A stretch of DNA of 63,437 bases, filler included, from Ministeria vibrans ATCC 50519 (taxonomy: Eukaryota > Protista > Filasterea), in the NCBI GenBank assembly GCA_943704425.1. It is 4 parts of 4 records of this genome, joined end to end, with 100 filler letters (N's around TTAATTAATTAA, not from the genome) between each part and the next. Parts side by side here need not be neighbours in the genome. Positions count along the whole stretch, not along the records: positions 54,117 to 63,437 come from CALSCP010001405.1; 3 more parts are not named here. The stretch is one strand, 5' to 3'. Made by a program: the position numbers and the translations under genes. The notes beneath the pieces were generated by a model. It worked only from the letters and a program-made list of their open reading frames with translations, ran no database searches and was not told the origin of the DNA. Below are positions 58,101-63,437 of the stretch, piece after piece (the stretch's first letter is position 1; every line of letters starts with the position of its first letter).

Positions 58101-61100
58101 CATCCCTTGTGCTTGACGAAGTGCCCTCTCTTGAGGTTGCCCTTGCCACTGCGTACACGACCGCGAGTGGTGGTGGAACCCTTGCGACGGCCACCGAGAA
58201 GGATGTTGCGCGTGTTCTCGACAGCCTTGCCAAAGGTCGTCGTCGCAATGCCCCTTCCAGTAGCTCTCTGACAGCTGGTGGTGCTGGCAGTGGCAGTGGC
58301 ACTGGTAGCAGTGGTGGAGGCGGAGGCGGAGGTGGTGCTTCGTCGTCGCCTCAACACTCGTCGCATGCGCCACATCAACAACTCTTGTCGTCGTCGGTGT
58401 CGCCCCTCGCCACCTCCCAATCTCCCTCCATGGTCACGGCTATTGAGCCCATCATTTCCTTTTTCCCGTCTCCCTCACCCCAACGCTCGCTTAACGATGC
58501 TGTCACGGGTACACCACCGGCCAACACGAGCGACGCCACCAACACCAGTGGCAATGGTCGTGCTGCCTCGCCCACCTCGTCGATGCGCTCGTCGTCACCA
58601 CCCCCCGCAGCGCCCGCCGAGGTCCCCTCGAACATTCAGGGCATTCGATGCTACTCGACGGCTCAGTCTGAGTCGCGCACCAAATTGCGCCAGTGGCTCG
58701 TCACGGCGGGTCGGTTATCGCGCATGCGACGTGTGCTCGAGCGACAGATTGTTGTGGGCTTTGTTGGTGTGCACAACTCGGGCAAGAGTACCTTTGTGTC
58801 GCGTCTCTTTGGAGTCGATGCCGACACGGACATTTTGCGTCGCACCGAGTACCCCCAACTGTACAATGTGTTTGGAGGCGGGGATGCAAGTCGTATGCAC
58901 ATCTCCTCTGCCTCCAGTGACGTCCCCGTGACACTGGACGTCATTGACTTTCCCGGAAGCACCGATCAGCGTCAGCACACGGCCCACATGACCGAGCGGT
59001 TTGCCGGTGCCGCGACGCTCTTTGTGTGTGTGTTTGCGGCCGGCCACATTGCCGAACCCGAACGGCGTGTCGTGAGCATGGCCAAGCTGGCGGGACGCGA
59101 CTTTGTCGTGCTGGTGAACAAGGCGGATGCGATTCGTCACGAACTCGCAGTGCGCGAAGAGTCCATTCGCGACTCGTACGCCTCCGTCCTAGGTGTTTCG
59201 CGCGACCTCATTTTCTTTGTGTCGGCGCACGAGTCGTCGTCGCTCGCGGTGGTGCGCGCCATCCTGTGGAAGGCTATGCGTTTTCTGCTGCCCGACGAGC
59301 AGGCGACACTTGCCTTTGCCATACTTCCACGCACGCTGCGTGAGCAGCTCGTGGACACACACGGGGGCCACAGCGAACACCTTACGAGTGCCGTGACGTC
59401 GCTGCTCGACAACATGCATGAAGTGGACGCGCAAGCGGTGAGCACGCGCATTGCAGCCATGCTGTCCCGCGAAGAAGCGGAAGCAAGGGACGCAGCAGCG
59501 TCGGCGGCGGCTGCACGAGAAGCAACGTTGGCGGCTACATCAGCAGCAGCAGCTGCTGCTGCTGCTCAGTCGACAACGACGCAAACCATCCCCGCCCAGC
59601 TGGCCGACAACCTTGTCTCTATGGGCTTTCCACCATCGCTGGTGGTGGCTGTGTTGCAGTCGATGCAGCTGCAACAGTACCACCAAGTGCTCGAGGCAGT
59701 ACAGCATCAGACACGTCAGCAGCTCTCGTCCTTTTTGCAGACGACGAATCAGGATCAGCAGCGCCACTCGTCGACGACTCCGTCCGCCGAGACAACAACC
59801 ACACCAGAGGTTTCATCGGACCCCGTCACTGCCGCGGTTCCCGCTAATGCTGCTGCCGCTCCTTCGGCAGTTGCGCGCGCCTCGCCCTATTTAGGTCTGC
59901 TGTCCCTTCTGGTGGACCCCGATGCATTGCAAGCGGCTCAAATCAATGTGCAAAATGCGGCTCTTGACATTCTTGGTGAGGCGATGCGACTGCGCGAGAT
60001 GGCTCTGGATCCCGCACAATTGCCGCGGCTCGTTTCGTCGTCGATGCCTGCTTTGTCGTCGTTGTCGCCGTCGCCTTCTGCGACTGCCTCGGTATCATCG
60101 TCGGCAGGGGTGCCCGCCGTGACGGAGGAACTCGTCGACCGGGCGCTTTTTGAAGTGCTCAAGAAGACGCCATCGGCCATTCGCTCACGGTCCTTTGAGA
60201 CGCTGTTTGCTGAGATGCTCGCGCACGAACTGCGCAGTGTGAGTGCCAGTTCGGCGGATGGTTCTGCGGCGGCCGCGGCTGCGGCGGCGCAGACGTCGAC
60301 GCTGAACAATGCCATCACGGGCATTCAGCTGCTGGGGTCGTTGCGCCTTGGCGTGCGCTTTCGCCATGTGCGTCCGCCGCATCGAGGTGTGCGTGAGGTG
60401 TACCCTGACTTTGACAACACCATGTCGTTTGAGCAGCGCGTCGCACTGTTTCATGCGCATCTGAAGAAGCTTGGTCTGGGGCACGGGAGCGAGGCGCAAA
60501 TGCTTGTAGACCCGTCGAATGTGCTGGAGAGCACCATTTCGTCGCTGAGTTCGGTCGACGACATCAAATTGTTGCGGTCGGTGATGCGTGTGAAGCTGAC
60601 GGTGGGCACTGCGGTCGACGTGAACGGGGTGTTGCGTTCGGTCATGACGAGCTGTGCGACTGCGATTCGCGAGGGCAAGCAGAGCTGCTTTGCCGTCTCC
60701 GACGACGGCCATGTGTACTTTGGCGGGCCCATGGCGCACCGAGATGCGACGCAGGTGGCACAAGTGTATCGTGCGGTTGGGCGTATGGTTGGTCTGGTGT
60801 TGGGCCAGCGTCAGGCTCGCGCTACCTTTCCCGCCAACTTCTCGTTGCCTATCTTCAAGTTGATTCTCGGCCAACAGCTAACCATGGACGATCTGGATTT
60901 GGTCGACTCGGGTCTGTGCTCATCGATCAAGCAGGTGTGCATGATGGACAGTGCCTCGGTAGCGGATTTGGACCTGCGCTTTTGCGTTGACCTCCCCGTG
61001 CTCACCGAGACGTCCACGACGACCACGAACACGTACGACTTGGTCAAGGGCGGTGCAGAGGTGCCCGTGAGTGCTGGCAACCGACTTGGCTATCTGGAGC

Positions 61101-61585
61101 GTCGTGTGCGCTTCCATCTTGGTATGGACTTGCCGCTCGATCTGTTTGTCGCGGGTGTCGCCGACTGTGTGCCACGTGAGCTTTTGACCGTGTTCACGCC
61201 CGAGCAGCTCATGATTCTTGTGAATGGGCGACCGACCGTGTCTGCGTCCGAGCTGCGCGCCGGCATGCGTGTGGGCTCGACGGCACCCGCTGCGCACATT
61301 CTTGAGTGGTTTTGGGAGGTGCTCGAGGAGATGAGCGACGACCAGCGAGCGCTTCTGCTCGTCTTCATGACGGGCTCGCCCTCGTTGCCACCCGGTGGCT
61401 GTGCCGCACTGCGTCCGCCCCTGACCATCACTCGGAGTTCGCGCGAGGGTTCAGCGTCGCTGCCCACGGCACACACTTGCTTTAATCGACTTGACTTGCC
61501 GGCGTACGAGTCCAAGGAGGCCCTCAAGAATGGTCTTGAGTGGGCGCTCGGTGGCTGCAGTGCTGCTGATTTTGGGTTTTTGTAA
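55148..61585 (+). CDS. Giant intronless lipase-like + membrane hairpin + P-loop GTPase + UBA + HECT E3 ligase (~2145 aa)
   Basis: LLFTGISLSG..CVTFGAP..NVCHRDD (class-3 lipase-like); GVHNSGKST, DFPG and NKAD (G1/G3/G4); LVSMGFP (UBA); WFWEVL..LLVFMTGS..LP..LPTAHTCFNRLDLPAY..GFL* (HECT). First ATG at 55148. Confidence 0.88.
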   Translation: MTISLFLPEGGDPILFPTPKFVKLSALQPRLNALLVSLRARNGGFEYPPLEDGRFGIEGDDLPAGAYDIVTARLSHSNSNNVSTTPGLPLLLPVSTMDISRAFVATRAIVTEPRHSLSDAQSLANLLDDYADFGAVALSVPDAVVRLLVTVSPEVVTVAIDASRLTRQLLAPSAPPAPYKSGRLHALALEISQTIPIQTLLQLCTDSHLLDNHACYDLISDHQSSIAKDRVQSADTKQPPSSTGDLPSAVSSITPTSSGSSSRGFGARAVAAFRSVIHHESSSPSSSSSSTSAAPTGSSQSHGSGAAASSAATTAAPSSPTHLVADDIHENTHRRLLFTGISLSGMVAHTAALLARDAAQSRDITVRCVTFGAPFFASSEIGAHVDTACDTSADAHVNVCHRDDAAIAAINLCMRAHHAQLVSGDTSFNVAQLADAVTTLIGDASDASLARAFDMYTQMRPEALRLIETNLPSDAGAHSPVGWFSFRSHDSDPSDSDTVSSTTATNATLTTLATSSATNVISTTAAAALAHTANVGAHSVPTMATATSPPPALLSNNAPINLVLEDDCERMIESVAILKRNLRRHRTLAWSPELCQKISWRYSCEVSPLQLLTRPRIDRVEIVQTPVRADVVVTGLGLEPLLRRADEPASLILDETAFDLTDGNVILVSRATTTDVRFSVLGCRYLSEGTVQVRTLFGETPLFTVAPKQVRFVDDVSPSAMMHARVDAELLRTVFLRGLISLSCVQQRQQQRNITGLNLSSALPRSSLSSPSPTSSPSVSRNTSCNSNAAWLASHELLALLCDLEQHLCGKTQLRAHLDDFAARCAASDDPDVAATSSTHLIKPANRIITSIVARLTEPLVIEYHSTVGRALRKIFGGLGVVTGSVLSIVGALALLPGFFLMSPGLRQIMRRNGDSTDENGASFSMSTGAGLLFLPGAIASLPGAAVLGAGMMIVSASRRGLTDRTTQQYSQILRLLITMLGGDPSLVLDEVPSLEVALATAYTTASGGGTLATATEKDVARVLDSLAKGRRRNAPSSSSLTAGGAGSGSGTGSSGGGGGGGGASSSPQHSSHAPHQQLLSSSVSPLATSQSPSMVTAIEPIISFFPSPSPQRSLNDAVTGTPPANTSDATNTSGNGRAASPTSSMRSSSPPPAAPAEVPSNIQGIRCYSTAQSESRTKLRQWLVTAGRLSRMRRVLERQIVVGFVGVHNSGKSTFVSRLFGVDADTDILRRTEYPQLYNVFGGGDASRMHISSASSDVPVTLDVIDFPGSTDQRQHTAHMTERFAGAATLFVCVFAAGHIAEPERRVVSMAKLAGRDFVVLVNKADAIRHELAVREESIRDSYASVLGVSRDLIFFVSAHESSSLAVVRAILWKAMRFLLPDEQATLAFAILPRTLREQLVDTHGGHSEHLTSAVTSLLDNMHEVDAQAVSTRIAAMLSREEAEARDAAASAAAAREATLAATSAAAAAAAAQSTTTQTIPAQLADNLVSMGFPPSLVVAVLQSMQLQQYHQVLEAVQHQTRQQLSSFLQTTNQDQQRHSSTTPSAETTTTPEVSSDPVTAAVPANAAAAPSAVARASPYLGLLSLLVDPDALQAAQINVQNAALDILGEAMRLREMALDPAQLPRLVSSSMPALSSLSPSPSATASVSSSAGVPAVTEELVDRALFEVLKKTPSAIRSRSFETLFAEMLAHELRSVSASSADGSAAAAAAAAQTSTLNNAITGIQLLGSLRLGVRFRHVRPPHRGVREVYPDFDNTMSFEQRVALFHAHLKKLGLGHGSEAQMLVDPSNVLESTISSLSSVDDIKLLRSVMRVKLTVGTAVDVNGVLRSVMTSCATAIREGKQSCFAVSDDGHVYFGGPMAHRDATQVAQVYRAVGRMVGLVLGQRQARATFPANFSLPIFKLILGQQLTMDDLDLVDSGLCSSIKQVCMMDSASVADLDLRFCVDLPVLTETSTTTTNTYDLVKGGAEVPVSAGNRLGYLERRVRFHLGMDLPLDLFVAGVADCVPRELLTVFTPEQLMILVNGRPTVSASELRAGMRVGSTAPAAHILEWFWEVLEEMSDDQRALLLVFMTGSPSLPPGGCAALRPPLTITRSSREGSASLPTAHTCFNRLDLPAYESKEALKNGLEWALGGCSAADFGFL

Positions 61586-61950
61586 TTATTGTTATCATTG
61601 TTTTTAAATAAAGAAATAAGTGTTGTACTCGTGTCAATACAAAACTGAAACAAACACCAAGGAAGCATCAATATAGAGCAGAGAGAGATTGGCAGAGATA
61701 GCCAGAGTGTTGGCATCAATATCGATTGAATTCAACTTCTTCATCAGAATATGTATCGATGAGTATTGAGTGATCAGTAAACTGACATAATAATTATTTA
61801 GTTTTTTACCGGTAACTAGTAACTACTGACTGCGGCTCTATAGTAAGTGAATAAATTATAAAGTGATCTCATCCAATACAATAAATCTCAATTACACTTA
61901 ATATTAATCATACAATTTTTTGCTGTCATTTGCAACACTCTACCGGCAAC

Positions 61951-62710
61951 ATGGGCTCGCATGACAATGCAAACCGCGAACGAGAGTATACGATGGGAGG
62001 CTGAAGGCTCTGTGTGCTTATACAACCAACCTTTTTCTTTTCATAGGCCGACTGTCAAACCAAAGTATCCGCGCAAGGAATCGGAACGAAAGTGCTTCAG
62101 AGTGGTCAAGAAGACCGGCAAGGTGGGCACGCGTCTCGTCACGCCCTTTCAGTTTCGTGTTTACGACGGTACACGCAAAAGCAGAATCGCGTCTCGTTCG
62201 TGTCGCTCTGGCGCCCAACTCATGACCTCGTACGCTCGCATTTGTAGCAACCCTCGCCATTCCCGAAGGCCAGGTGTCTACCTATGGTGAGATTGCCAAG
62301 AAGATTGGCTCGCATGCGCGTGCAGGTGCGGAAATACATTTTGTGGGGGAAGGGTGGTTAGGGTTAGGGTTAGGGTTAGGGTTGGTGTGACTGACTCGTT
62401 TTGCGTGTAGTTGGACAAGCTTTGCGCCACAACCCCTTTGCACCCGAAGTTCCCTGCCACCGCGTTGTTGCTGCAACGGTATCTCTCACGAACATGCCCT
62501 GTGTGTTGTGATTTGTGTTGTGTTGCTCTCTGTAGGGATTCATCGCTGGCTTCAATGGCCAGTGGGGCGCCGGAGCGCTCATTGATGAGAAAAAGGTAAG
62601 GTGGCGGACGAAGAGGGCGCGTTGTGATGCATTGCATTGTGTTTTAGGCTCTCTTGAGGAAGGAGGGTGTTTCGTTTGACAAAGATTCCGTCTTGATTAA
62701 GAAGAAGTGA
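61951..62710 (+). CDS. MGMT: O6-alkylguanine-DNA alkyltransferase (C-terminal domain only), multi-exon
   Basis: TPFQFRVY..IPEGQVSTYGEIA..ARA|VGQALRHNPFAPEVPCHRVV (active-site PCHR); stop at 62708-62710. Confidence 0.88.
62356..62383 (+). repeat. (TTAGGG)4 inside an MGMT intron
   Basis: GGTTAGGGTTAGGGTTAGGGTTAGGGTT within intron 62326-62410. Confidence 0.85.
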
Positions 62711-62810
62711 CCAAATCGAGTCGTGTAAATACAAGAAAAGCAACGATGCTACTTATGATTTTACTTATGAAAGCATGATGAAGTCCCATTCATATTTCAT
62801 GCGGGTTGGT

Positions 62811-62843
<33 letters not shown>

Positions 62844-62916
62844 AGAGCTCGTCTGAGACTCGTCTCTGATCGTAATTCGCAACTAAGTCAACTCATAACT
62901 ATTTTATTTGCTTTCG

Positions 62917-63319
62917 ATGGGCGCTATTGAATCTCGCCCAGCGTGTGCTGTCGGAGACCTTTTGAGAGCTCGTCCGTCCAAGTGCAACACTGGCGGCTGG
63001 CCGTGGGCGCTGCATGCGGGTCTGGCAGGCGAAGTAAGTTTGTGAATCTGATCAACTGTCGATCTTCACGCAACGACGCCTTCCGTCGTCTACGAGGCAC
63101 CCTTTGGTGTACAGATGGCGTGGTGGTGCTCAATAGCAGTGATTCTGTCGCTCTGCCTTTCTCTCTTTCTTCTCATTCTCTCAAATCTTTTCTTTTTTTC
63201 TCTTTTTTTTGTCATCCCTCTTTTGCGTTTGCACAGATCGAATGTGCGGTCTTTGTGTACACGCGTGCGCCCGGTGACTCGGCGGCTCTTGTTGATGCCG
63301 TTGCCAATGGCATTCATGT
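62917..63319 (+). CDS. Possible 5' part of an unidentified gene running off the window
   Basis: ATG near 62917, a polypyrimidine tract with CAG acceptor near 63236, and a GTACG donor near 63318; the frame is unresolved. Confidence 0.3.
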
Positions 63320-63437
63320 ACGTTGTTTGGGCGCAGAGAACCACTGACGAAAAACGGCTCATCTCTCCTTATGTTATATTTGGTCTCCTCTCAATGTGTG
63401 TGTGTGTGTCTTTGTGGTGTGTGTGTGTGTGTGTGTC

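Overview
Gene-dense eukaryotic DNA with short GT-AG introns rich in microsatellites. The gene set (LZTR1, pecanex, UBXN7, TMEM254-like) suggests a unicellular opisthokont/holozoan; this taxonomy is an inference. The window is four scaffolds joined by artificial 100-nt N44-TTAATTAATTAA-N44 linkers (28058, 50369, 54017), so adjacency across these points means nothing. Recognisable genes: CPSF1, LZTR1 (in two halves 10.2 kb apart), THADA/Trm732-like, a metallo-beta-lactamase-fold protein, a KY-like transglutaminase, an SLC25 carrier, an F-box protein, UBXN7, archaemetzincin, TMEM254-like plus a pseudogene, USP14, CEPT1/CHPT1, an Era GTPase, PUDP/HDHD1, HARS, USP5, GALT, a sphingomyelinase-like EEP protein, enoyl-CoA hydratase and MGMT. 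Three proteins stand out. (1) A ~1577-aa protein with a plant-receptor-type LRR ectodomain fused to an apparently complete OSCA/TMEM63-like channel, a candidate ligand-gated receptor-channel. (2) An intronless ~2145-aa lipase-like + membrane hairpin + GTPase + UBA + HECT ligase, a candidate cell-autonomous defence E3. (3) A truncated intron-containing gene whose motif order resembles bacterial CorA-like (type III CRISPR-type) membrane effectors; this one is speculative. Several orphan gene halves (ankyrin, SLC25, AHCY/PP2C, Era/pecanex) meet at intronic simple repeats, most likely through chimeric assembly. All family calls come from motif recognition by eye; no searches were run.
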